Assembly (NCBI GenBank): GCA_028284905.1
Contig: JANQQU010000087.1
Location: forward strand, 1,015 to 65,014
Direction of reading: 5' to 3'
DNA from: Calditrichia bacterium
GTDB taxonomy: Bacteria > Calditrichota > Calditrichia > RBG-13-44-9 > J075
Length of the DNA: 64,000 nucleotides
Part shown: positions 50,614-59,288 of the stretch, in pieces
Position numbering within the stretch: the stretch's first letter is position 1
How the letters are laid out: each line of letters starts with the position of its first letter
Notes under the pieces: generated by a model
Told to the model about the DNA's origin: nothing
Database searches by the model: none
The model's input: the letters and a program-made list of their open reading frames with translations, nothing else
Translations under genes and position numbers: made by a program

Positions 50614-51882
50614 ATGAATACTTTACCATCTGTACTTAGAAAATTTTATGGAGATTGTGAGCATACACAGCAGAAGCAAGAAAATCGTTATGCGAAACTT
50701 CATGATACTTTTGCATCAAGATTCGGTAAACAGCAGGTTTACCTTTTTAGCTCGCCAGGCCGTACCGAAATAGGCGGGAACCATACCGACCATAATCATG
50801 GCCGGGTGTTGGCAGCCAGTGTGAACCTCGATTCAATTGCTGTTGCATCCAGGAATAGCGAAGACACTGTGGTTTTATATTCTGAAGGGTTTGATACATC
50901 TTTTGTGGTTGATTTATCCCAACTGAATGTTGTTCAGGAAGAACAGGAAACAACATATGCACTAATTAGAGGTATTGCCGCCCGGCTCAAGCAATTAGGA
51001 TATACAATTGGTGGATTTAACGCCTGCATGACCAGCGAGGTGCTGCCAGGATCGGGATTGAGTTCATCTGCATCAGTAGAAGTACTGATCGGCTCAATAT
51101 TTAATACCCTTTACAATGCAAACAGAATTTCTCCGGAGGAATTAGCACAAATCGGGCAGTATGCTGAGAATGAGTATTTTGGGAAACCGTGTGGTTTGAT
51201 GGATCAAATGGCTTGTGCAGTAGGCGGTATTGTTACCATCGATTTCGCCAATCCTCAACATCCGCTGGTTGATAAGATAGACTTTGATTTTAATGCCCAA
51301 CAGTATCGGCTGCTGGTGGTGGACACCGGGGGGAATCACGCCGATTTAACCGATGATTATGCCGCTGTTCCTCAGGAAATGAAATCGATTGCTTCTGCAC
51401 TTGGCGCAGACGTTTGCCGGGAGATAGATTATAATCAATTGGTCAAGCAAATGGGATTGCTACGGAATCGAGTGGGTGATCGGGCAATATTGCGCGCAAT
51501 CCATTTTCTCGGCGATAACGACCGCGTTCTGAAACAGGTAACGGCATTAAAAAACGACGATTTCCCCAAATTCCTTTCATTGATTAACGCATCCGGGAAT
51601 TCATCATTTAAGTGGTTGCAAAATATTTATACTGTCAAGAATGTTCGTGAACAAGGGGTTTCATTGGCATTAGCAATCACCGAAAATTTTATTACGAAAA
51701 TCGGAGAAGGGGCTTGTCGGGTGCATGGAGGAGGATTTGCCGGAACCATCCAGGTATTTCTCCCCCAAAGAAAAGTGCCGAAGTTTACGGCTCTCATTGA
51801 TACGGTTTTTGGAGAAGGAAAAGTGATGGACCTAACGATCAGGCCTTTCGGAACAGGCTGCTTAAATGCCGATATTTTATGA
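50614..51882 (+). CDS. galK: Galactokinase (GHMP)
   Basis: SPGRTEIGGNHTDHN, PGSGLSSSA, CGLMDQ, HGGGFAG; follows galT. Confidence 0.9.
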   Translation: MNTLPSVLRKFYGDCEHTQQKQENRYAKLHDTFASRFGKQQVYLFSSPGRTEIGGNHTDHNHGRVLAASVNLDSIAVASRNSEDTVVLYSEGFDTSFVVDLSQLNVVQEEQETTYALIRGIAARLKQLGYTIGGFNACMTSEVLPGSGLSSSASVEVLIGSIFNTLYNANRISPEELAQIGQYAENEYFGKPCGLMDQMACAVGGIVTIDFANPQHPLVDKIDFDFNAQQYRLLVVDTGGNHADLTDDYAAVPQEMKSIASALGADVCREIDYNQLVKQMGLLRNRVGDRAILRAIHFLGDNDRVLKQVTALKNDDFPKFLSLINASGNSSFKWLQNIYTVKNVREQGVSLALAITENFITKIGEGACRVHGGGFAGTIQVFLPQRKVPKFTALIDTVFGEGKVMDLTIRPFGTGCLNADIL

Positions 51883-51912
51883 ACTGTCAAAATTATAAAC
51901 TGTTAGACAATA

Positions 51913-51959
51913 AAAAAACAAAGGGTTACAAGAAAATTTCTTGTAACCCTTTGTTTTTT
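51913..51959. terminator. Bidirectional-type hairpin between galK and the tRNA fragment
   Basis: aaaaaacaaagggttacaagaaa / tttcttgtaaccctttgtttttt perfect inverted repeat with A/T tails. Confidence 0.8.
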
Positions 51960-51960
51960 C

Positions 51961-52008
51961 TGGTGGCGTCTCCCAGAATTGAACTGGGGACACACGGATT
52001 TTCAGTCC
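51961..52008 (-). pseudogene. 3' part of tRNA-Phe(GAA), 48 bp, putative att junction
   Basis: Reverse complement GGACTGAAAATCCGTGTGTCCCCAGTTCAATTCTGGGAGACGCCACCA gives anticodon arm (GAA), T-arm and CCA; no D-arm or 5' acceptor strand beyond 52008. Confidence 0.85.
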
Positions 52009-52137
52009 TTGTAATAAATTTTTTGTTAAATTCAATATCTACAACACAAATTATTGTTTTTGCAAAGTCTTAGCCCCTAATCAACTATATCAAAAATCAC
52101 CATTTAACACCTATCAAAACATATCATTTACCAAAAC

Positions 52138-52156
52138 GTGCTGACTTATTGCTGAC
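52138..52156. repeat. Tandem TGCTGAC repeats, possible integrase arm-type sites
   Basis: gtgctgac-ttattgctgac; the 11-mer ttattgctgac also occurs at 12379-12389 beside the other tRNA fragment. Confidence 0.45.
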
Positions 52157-52653
52157 TTTTTTGATCAGTATAACTATTTCCGAATACATCAATTATGTAG
52201 AATTCTAAGTACATAACCCAAATTTGTATAGCATAATAAATTTCGCGATTTTGTCTCGAACTTGAAAATGGTACATTAAATTTTCAAAGGAACCTCGCTA
52301 TATGGACATATCGATCATTAAAAATCGCATTGATCAATCAGTAACTGAATAATGTATCCGATGTTTTTCATTTTAAACTTTCCCGAAAAAACAAACGAAC
52401 TTTGTTATTTACCTTTACAATATCTTCCTAAGCACTTATCTTTAAATATTCCAAAACAAATAGTCAAAATATCGGCAATAAGCAGATCAGTATTTAACTA
52501 CAGAGATGTACGAAAATTTGCATCACGATTGTCAAATAGTGAGTTTTGAAATCTTAAGATGATAATCTACAAAATTACCTTATCAGACTCAGGTTATTTG
52601 AGAGAAACTGCTCTTTGTTAGCATATAGTCAATAACTGGATAGTAGTAAATGG

Positions 52654-55455
52654 GTGAAAAGTAGAATGAAAACGAACAAAGATAAACCGGTTGTTTTAAT
52701 TGTCACTGCGGATAATCAGCGCGATTTACCACGGCTGATCCGTGAACGGGAGGGGATCAGAAAAGCGTTCAAAGCACTAAAAGATCAAGGTCTTATAGAA
52801 GTTGAGTTGGTTACCGATATTACCGCTTCGAGACTACAGGAGTGTCTTCTTGAATACAAAGACCGTTTGTCCATATTCCACTTTGCCGGACATGCTACAA
52901 AAGATTTTTTGAAAATCGCCAACGATACCGAAATTTTTCCGGAGGGATTGCTTCCTCTATTGTCTCAACGGAAGAGCCTTAAACTTGCATTTTTGAATGG
53001 CTGTTCCACTTTAAAACAAATAGAAACCCTATCCAGAAACAAGACTAGGAACAATATATTGGCAGCTATCGGCACAGTCGAAGCTGTGCCTGATGACCTT
53101 GCCAGCGAGCTGGCCATTAATTTTTATCAGCAACTGGTAGCTGGAGACGATGTACAGACTGCCTGGGGAGCTGCAGAAGACCGCTTAAAACTCACCCGAA
53201 CTGAAGGAGAAATTAGCCAGCAAATTTCCCGGGACCTCGAATCATCGAAAAAAGCTGGCCTCTCCTGGGAAATCCGCTATAGCGAACCAGAGGTGCTCGC
53301 TAAATCCTTTTCCCTTGCGACACTACTAGATGATCCACTCTACAACCTGCCACTCAGTGAAGATGACTTAAAGCCACCCTTTCCCAAATCCCCCTTTAAA
53401 TCCTTGCAACCCTTTTCCCGGGAAGATGCGGCGATTTTTTTTGGGCGGGGTAAAGACATTCGGGAATTATACCGGTTAATTTGCAGTAACTTTTCAATTA
53501 TTCTGCTGCATGGACAGAGCGGCGTTGGAAAATCTTCTCTGCTGCACGCTGGATTTATTCCCCGTATGGAAAACAAGGGTTATCGCGTAAAATATCAGCG
53601 TCGGTCACAAGATGGCCTTGTTGTAACTTTCCGTGAATTGCTGCAAGAAGCTTACATTGAGGCTGGTATACCCAAACCAATGCCAAAAAACCTTCATCAG
53701 TGCTGGCAAAAAATTGAGGTAAAAGATGGTGGAGAAGGTCTGATTATCATTTTGGATCAAGCGGAAGAATTATTTACCCAGCAAAAAAAAGAACAACAAG
53801 ATAATGAGTTATTGAAATCCAAGGAAATTCTAACAGAGTTATTTGCTCCACAAAAAAAGCCTCGCTTAAAAGGCACACTAATCCTCAGTTTCCGAAAAGA
53901 ATTTTATGCCGATTTTCATAATACATTGGAAAAAGGTGTTCGCTTACCTATAACCGATATGCTGCTCAAACCCCTTGACCAGCAGGGGATTATAGAAGCT
54001 GTAACCGGTGTTGCCGGTCATTATATACCCGAAATTCGAAATCAATATAAGATTAATGTAGAAAAATCTGAAGATCAAAATTTACCTCTAGCGATAGCGG
54101 CTGATCTGATAAATGATGTTAAGTCCACTATTGCCCCAATACTTCAAATGGTATTGTATCAAATGTGGGAAAAGCAGAAGAATAAACGAAATAAAAATTT
54201 GTATTTAAAGGAGTACCGAGATAAATGGCGAAACCGCAATATGATAAGACATTATTTGCTTGAAAAGATGCAATCTGTGGAAAAAGATTTCCCGTATGAA
54301 ATACGTCAAGGCTTAGTATTAGATATATTACATTTTCACATTACAGATAAAAAAACAGCAGGCAGGAGGTCGACTGAAGAGATAAAGAAAAATTACGATC
54401 ACATTAAGATAAACCCCATGAAATTAGTCCAATGCCTAGTAGATAATTATTTATTAATAAAAGAAGAAAAAAGCAAATTTACACGCCTTGTGCATGATGC
54501 TCTTGTACGAGTGATTTTAGATGAATTTCAAAAATCCTTCAAAATGGCTCAAAGAGCATCAAGAGTATTGCAACACAAAACCATTGATTTTGAACATTCT
54601 CCAGAAGAAACTTGGCTAGACTCTAGAGACAAGATTGTAATAGAAAAAGCAGAACATTTTATGCGAAAACACTCAGACATCGAAAAAAAAATATTAAATA
54701 TTATCGAGCAAAAATTCTCTCAAGATAAAAAACCTCCTCAAGATAATTCATTGCAAAATAATAGACGTGATATACACCCTCTATTATATAGCCAAAGCAT
54801 GGCATTAGATTTAATCGAAGCCTTGGCTCACAGAGGAAAAGCTATCTCTCCACATCTAAAACGCTTAAAAAGTAATCATTTTATGATTTCTATGGTTTTT
54901 AGTAATTTCAACTTTAATCTGACTGGAAAAATAAAATATCAGTTAAATAAAGTTAATATTAGTGAATTAGTTAGTAAAATTATTAATGCCCTCAACTACA
55001 AAGCAGAGTTTGAGTATGGTATCGAAATAAAATTCATAAATGATCAATCTACTATGATGTTTCTGGACGAACTTCTATTCGAACTAATTCTATTCAATAT
55101 TATTCTTAACGCTATTCAATACTCAGTTAAACGGTCAAAAATCATTGAAATAAATCATATACAACAGAAAATTACTTTTGAGGGTATTAAGAATACATCC
55201 TGGGAGGTAATCAGTATTAAGAATTGGGGCATTGGTATTTTAGAGGAGGAAAAAGAATTAATTTTTACAGAATTATTTCGAGGTAGCAACGCTTATTTAA
55301 CCCAAATTGACGGCTCAGGTTTAGGCCTGGCAGTTTCGAAAGAGATTATCGAAGACCATGATGGATTTATTCGTGTAACTAGTCTTCACAGTCCTACTAT
55401 TTTTTCGATTTACTTACCTAGTTATCTAAAAAATCAAATGCCTGAAAGGTTGTAA
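52654..55455 (+). CDS. CHAT (caspase-like) protease, STAND NTPase and histidine-kinase-like ATPase fusion
   Basis: FHFAGH and FLNGC dyad; FFGR, Walker A GQSGVGKSS, Walker B IIILDQAEELF; C-terminal N-box NIILNAIQYS, NWGIGI, GSGLGL. Confidence 0.8.
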   Translation: MKSRMKTNKDKPVVLIVTADNQRDLPRLIREREGIRKAFKALKDQGLIEVELVTDITASRLQECLLEYKDRLSIFHFAGHATKDFLKIANDTEIFPEGLLPLLSQRKSLKLAFLNGCSTLKQIETLSRNKTRNNILAAIGTVEAVPDDLASELAINFYQQLVAGDDVQTAWGAAEDRLKLTRTEGEISQQISRDLESSKKAGLSWEIRYSEPEVLAKSFSLATLLDDPLYNLPLSEDDLKPPFPKSPFKSLQPFSREDAAIFFGRGKDIRELYRLICSNFSIILLHGQSGVGKSSLLHAGFIPRMENKGYRVKYQRRSQDGLVVTFRELLQEAYIEAGIPKPMPKNLHQCWQKIEVKDGGEGLIIILDQAEELFTQQKKEQQDNELLKSKEILTELFAPQKKPRLKGTLILSFRKEFYADFHNTLEKGVRLPITDMLLKPLDQQGIIEAVTGVAGHYIPEIRNQYKINVEKSEDQNLPLAIAADLINDVKSTIAPILQMVLYQMWEKQKNKRNKNLYLKEYRDKWRNRNMIRHYLLEKMQSVEKDFPYEIRQGLVLDILHFHITDKKTAGRRSTEEIKKNYDHIKINPMKLVQCLVDNYLLIKEEKSKFTRLVHDALVRVILDEFQKSFKMAQRASRVLQHKTIDFEHSPEETWLDSRDKIVIEKAEHFMRKHSDIEKKILNIIEQKFSQDKKPPQDNSLQNNRRDIHPLLYSQSMALDLIEALAHRGKAISPHLKRLKSNHFMISMVFSNFNFNLTGKIKYQLNKVNISELVSKIINALNYKAEFEYGIEIKFINDQSTMMFLDELLFELILFNIILNAIQYSVKRSKIIEINHIQQKITFEGIKNTSWEVISIKNWGIGILEEEKELIFTELFRGSNAYLTQIDGSGLGLAVSKEIIEDHDGFIRVTSLHSPTIFSIYLPSYLKNQMPERL

Positions 55456-56141
55456 ACGTTTATTTCCTTTTTCTACTATTAACTATTTGTTCAATTCTAT
55501 TAACAATTTCAGTTGTCGATGTCGGCTTCCTTAGATATGCTGCCACCTGTTTATTTAAACCTAATTCATCTAATTCTTCTTCCAGAGCTTGTCGGGCTGT
55601 TAAAAGAATTACAGGGATTTTACTCTGAGTGAGTTCAGTTATTTTCTCGAGTAACAACAAACCAGTTCGTCGGCCTTGATTACTTGCTTCAATATTTATG
55701 GAGTCGTCTGGGGGCATCATAACATCTAAAATAATAGCATCTAACTGGTTGCCTGCAGACTGGATAAGTTTTAACCCTTCCTTCGGAGAGCTTTCTAGTA
55801 TAACCTCCCATTCTTTAATTTCCACCAAAAATTGTTTTAAATAAAAATTTGTATTTAGATCATCATCTATAATTAATATCCTCATTGTAAGGTCTCCTTC
55901 TTTTCAAATAACTGGGCAAATAGATAGAGAAGATCGTCGGATTATTAAGATGGGTTACTTCTATAAAACCATCATGATTTTCAATAATCTCTTTTGAAAC
56001 TACCAATCCTATTCCGGCCCCGGAGGGATCAGTTTTAGATACATTACTCCCCCGTTTATAATCCTCAAAAATAAGTTCCTTTTCCTCCTCTAAAATACCA
56101 ATGCCCCAATTCTTAATACTGATCACCTCCCAGGATGTATT
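55192..56141. repeat. 62-bp inverted repeat shared by the two kinase ATPase domains
   Basis: 55192-55253 versus the reverse complement of 56080-56141: 61 of 62 identical by manual alignment. Confidence 0.85.
55460..55885 (-). CDS. Single-domain response regulator
   Basis: ILIIDDD, phospho-site ILDVMMP, LTA, LRKP. Confidence 0.92.
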   Translation of the reverse strand: MRILIIDDDLNTNFYLKQFLVEIKEWEVILESSPKEGLKLIQSAGNQLDAIILDVMMPPDDSINIEASNQGRRTGLLLLEKITELTQSKIPVILLTARQALEEELDELGLNKQVAAYLRKPTSTTEIVNRIEQIVNSRKRK

Positions 56142-59100
56142 TTTGATTTGATCGAAACGTTTATCTTGAAGATAGTAACTGATTTCAATTTTATGCATAC
56201 CTTCCAAAGAATACTTAATCGCATTTTGAAGTAAGTTAAAGATCACCTGTTCGAAACGTTGTTTATCAATATACATGTCCGGTATGTCACTAATATGTGA
56301 AACTATATCAATTTTACGATTAAAACGCGCATATCTTATAAGTAATTTACGAATTTTGGTAATTGAATCATACATATTCACTAAGGTAAAATTATATTCT
56401 GATTTCTGATTAGTTCCTTTGCCAAATCTAAGACGAAAGTCTTCAATTAAATGATATAAATGCTTTGCACTTTCTCTCAAATAACCGAATTGTGCTTCAC
56501 GATCCTTTACCTTATGATTTTCTAAGAATATCTTCTTCACAAAATCAAATTGCACTTCCATTGCATGAAGCGGAGTTGCAAGCTCATGCGATAATTGTTC
56601 CAGATATTCGCCTTTTTCAATACTTAACTCGAAATTCTCTATTAGTCGAGCAATTACACCAGCAACCAATTCTAAAAAATCCTTATCCCCCTCTTCAAAG
56701 GCCTGATGTTTTCGGTGAGTTTGTTGTTTATTAATGCAGCGAATCACACCGATCGGTTCTCCATCCCCGCCCAATATTGGCGTGCCAATTAACGAACGAT
56801 ATTCCCCATTTTCGAGAATCTCTCGAAATTTAGTCGGTTCATTTAAGGATCGCCGAATATCATAAATAATTACAGGACGATTGAGGTGAAATATTCTTTC
56901 CGAAAGACTATTTTCTTTTAAGGGATAAAGATCAATCCCTATAAATTCATTAATTGGTTTTTCTTCCAATTTATTCTCAGTGTTTCGGAAACCCTTTAAA
57001 GCCGTTGTCCCTGCCAGGCAAAGCGTTTGATTACGCGCATTTAATAAAAAAATGCTACAAACCTCCACGCTCAATACATTTTTTAAAATATTTGCTAGCT
57101 CCGGATAAAAACTTGCATTATTGGTTTTTGACAAATTCCTTAGTTTTTTTTGAAGGATGTCGACTTGACGATACCGTTGCTCAAACCTACTTTTTTCAAT
57201 AATCGGTGAGAGACGTTTCACAAATCTTTCCAATCGTTCAATCTTTATTTCATCCAGTGAAAACTTAGTGTTGTTATTGTTGTTCATACTACGGGTTTTT
57301 CTTTCCGGGCGATACAAATATATCAAACCCAATACCAGTTGTGAGTAATTCTTGAATTCCCCGCCGAAAATAATAGGTTCAGTGTGTTTTATGATTGGAA
57401 TGACAATATTAGCTTTTGTGCCAAACTCCTGTGCAAAATCTTGCCACCGTCCCTTTGATTCACGGCCACTTTCAACCATGTGTATGTTTAGTTTTTTATT
57501 TCGGTTATAAATCAGCTCTCCCATATAACTTTCATCATGAGGAAAAATATCTGATTTGTAAAGGCGCTCTTCTAAAGCAATATCATCACGACTTTGCGTA
57601 TCTTCAGTACCAACATAAACTGAACGTAATTGAACTTTAAAACGTTCGGCCCCCTCACCAAATCCCTCATCAAGCGGAATCCATAAGGTCGCCACATATG
57701 CATCCATTACCTTATTAAGATATTGGAGAATACTTCGGAAAATGCTATCTGAATCATCGGTTAGTATTATGGAATTCAAAAAAGCCTCATCCTCACGAAG
57801 CATTCGTTCTTTTTCATGACTTTTATAATTTTCATAAGAGACATGTAATTGATGTGCAATGGTTTCCAGAATCTCTTTTTCATCTTTTGAGAATCCTTTT
57901 TCAGATATCTTTAATTGATTTTCCAACCTATTAATCAGTACCATCACTCCTGAAGGAATTTCAATGTTTTGCTGTGATGTAATAGGGATAACCAACAAGT
58001 GTCTAATAGATTTTGTTTTTAAAATACTTTGCCTGAAGATATTAATATTTTCAGAATTAATTTTGACTTGCTTTTGACTTGTGATATCAGGGGAAATCTC
58101 AATCAATTCACCTTGAATTGCCTGATCCCAGGCAAAAGTTTTTTTGCGACCATATAATACAGACGCGACAAGTGTTTCCTTAATCCCTTCATTACGTAAA
58201 TTGCTTAATATTTCACGAATTTGACTATCATTCTTATACTGCATAAAAACAGCAGCTTCATCCAACTCATACCCATTAACAAAGCTAATAGAACAATATT
58301 CCACATTCAAATGATGGACAATTGTTTTCGCAAATTCTTTTAACTCTTTTTCTAAATCACGGCGACTTTTGACGGTAGCAATATTAGCAACATCCTGTAA
58401 AGCATGACTAAAAGAAGTTTGAAGATCCCTGATATGTAGTAGTTGATCATAATCTGAGTAAGTTTGATTTTTTTCTGCAATTGTTTCATTTAATGCTTTT
58501 ACAATTTTATTGAGTTCTAACTCATGATTTTGTATGGTTATCGCAGTCCAGGCAGCTAACAACGCAATAAATGTTTGCATAAACAGTTCTAATAAGTGCG
58601 CAGAAAACCCATTATCGTTTTCAGCCAAAAAACAAAATACAGACATAGCGACAGTAATTGACGTGACAATACCATAAGATCTTTTCATCCAATTAATTTT
58701 TAAGGTTAAAAGGTCATACTTTGAGAAATAATAGGTATGCAGAACAATCAAGATATAAATAGCGTGATAAAACGGACTTTGAACACCACCACTTGCAGCT
58801 GCAGCAAGGTATATAGTAAAAGCATCCGGGATAAGCATGAATGCAAGAAAATTACTTTCCAAAGCGATGTTTTTTCTATTCTTATAAGATAGAGTATAAA
58901 AAAACACCAGTAATCCCAATATAGAAAAGAACAATTGAACAGCCCACGCAAACCACATCTTTTCAATGTTAATTCCTTTACTCCAAATTTCAGATGCTAT
59001 AAAACCAATTTTGGGAAAAATAAGTAACACCAAAAGGCTAAAAACTGTAAATATTAGACGAATATATATATAGCTTGGAAAAGCATTTTTCGGATTTAGG

Positions 59101-59168
59101 ATTTGCTTCATTGCAATGGTAATTTTCTCAAGCAATTGAAAGCTCCCGCCTTTATTAGTAAAATTCAT
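55863..59168 (-). CDS. Membrane-anchored multi-GAF sensor histidine kinase
   Basis: Several N-terminal TM helices, GAF-like segments (LLVIPI...GVMVLIN; SLIGTPI...GVIRCINK), H-box LSHELATPL, N/G boxes. Confidence 0.88.
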   Translation of the reverse strand: MNFTNKGGSFQLLEKITIAMKQILNPKNAFPSYIYIRLIFTVFSLLVLLIFPKIGFIASEIWSKGINIEKMWFAWAVQLFFSILGLLVFFYTLSYKNRKNIALESNFLAFMLIPDAFTIYLAAAASGGVQSPFYHAIYILIVLHTYYFSKYDLLTLKINWMKRSYGIVTSITVAMSVFCFLAENDNGFSAHLLELFMQTFIALLAAWTAITIQNHELELNKIVKALNETIAEKNQTYSDYDQLLHIRDLQTSFSHALQDVANIATVKSRRDLEKELKEFAKTIVHHLNVEYCSISFVNGYELDEAAVFMQYKNDSQIREILSNLRNEGIKETLVASVLYGRKKTFAWDQAIQGELIEISPDITSQKQVKINSENINIFRQSILKTKSIRHLLVIPITSQQNIEIPSGVMVLINRLENQLKISEKGFSKDEKEILETIAHQLHVSYENYKSHEKERMLREDEAFLNSIILTDDSDSIFRSILQYLNKVMDAYVATLWIPLDEGFGEGAERFKVQLRSVYVGTEDTQSRDDIALEERLYKSDIFPHDESYMGELIYNRNKKLNIHMVESGRESKGRWQDFAQEFGTKANIVIPIIKHTEPIIFGGEFKNYSQLVLGLIYLYRPERKTRSMNNNNNTKFSLDEIKIERLERFVKRLSPIIEKSRFEQRYRQVDILQKKLRNLSKTNNASFYPELANILKNVLSVEVCSIFLLNARNQTLCLAGTTALKGFRNTENKLEEKPINEFIGIDLYPLKENSLSERIFHLNRPVIIYDIRRSLNEPTKFREILENGEYRSLIGTPILGGDGEPIGVIRCINKQQTHRKHQAFEEGDKDFLELVAGVIARLIENFELSIEKGEYLEQLSHELATPLHAMEVQFDFVKKIFLENHKVKDREAQFGYLRESAKHLYHLIEDFRLRFGKGTNQKSEYNFTLVNMYDSITKIRKLLIRYARFNRKIDIVSHISDIPDMYIDKQRFEQVIFNLLQNAIKYSLEGMHKIEISYYLQDKRFDQIKNTSWEVISIKNWGIGILEEEKELIFEDYKRGSNVSKTDPSGAGIGLVVSKEIIENHDGFIEVTHLNNPTIFSIYLPSYLKRRRPYNEDINYR

Positions 59169-59288
59169 GAAAACGGATAATAGACAAGTATATAAATTTT
59201 TATCGCCAGTAAAAACATTTTTTTAAGCCATCTGAGAGTTTCCCCCCAATCAATCCCTAAGAAGATTAAACCAAAAACAGGGATTGAT

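Larger units (their letters stand above)
12435..52008. mobile_element. Putative genomic island (carrageenan-utilisation cargo) bounded by direct tRNA-Phe fragments
   Basis: 36-bp identical direct repeats 39,529 bp apart, each with the same hairpin; no integrase seen inside the window. Confidence 0.6.

Noticed and set aside
12581-51882. Agar/porphyran rather than carrageenan locus
   Set aside because: No GH117, GH50 or GH86-like gene recognised; the CgkA-like motif, GH127 and GH167-like pair favour carrageenan. Not fully excluded without subfamily searches.
51961-52008. Possible intact tRNA-Phe gene
   Set aside because: D-arm and 5' acceptor strand are missing; the sequence beyond 52008 is unrelated AT-rich DNA.
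51879-52073. 64-aa ORF containing VASPRIELGTHGFS
   Set aside because: It is the antisense translation of the terminator and tRNA-Phe fragment, not a protein.
52347-52362. tgaataatgtatccga as a sixth FadR operator
   Set aside because: Three mismatches in very AT-rich DNA, outside the carrageenan block, with no plausible target gene.
52352-52549. 65-aa ORF after the att site as an integrase or excisionase remnant
   Set aside because: No recognisable motif in the frames I read; low-complexity AT-rich sequence.
57268-57290. Poly-Asn run in the GAF kinase
   Set aside because: Too short to suggest a phase-variable repeat; in-frame low complexity.
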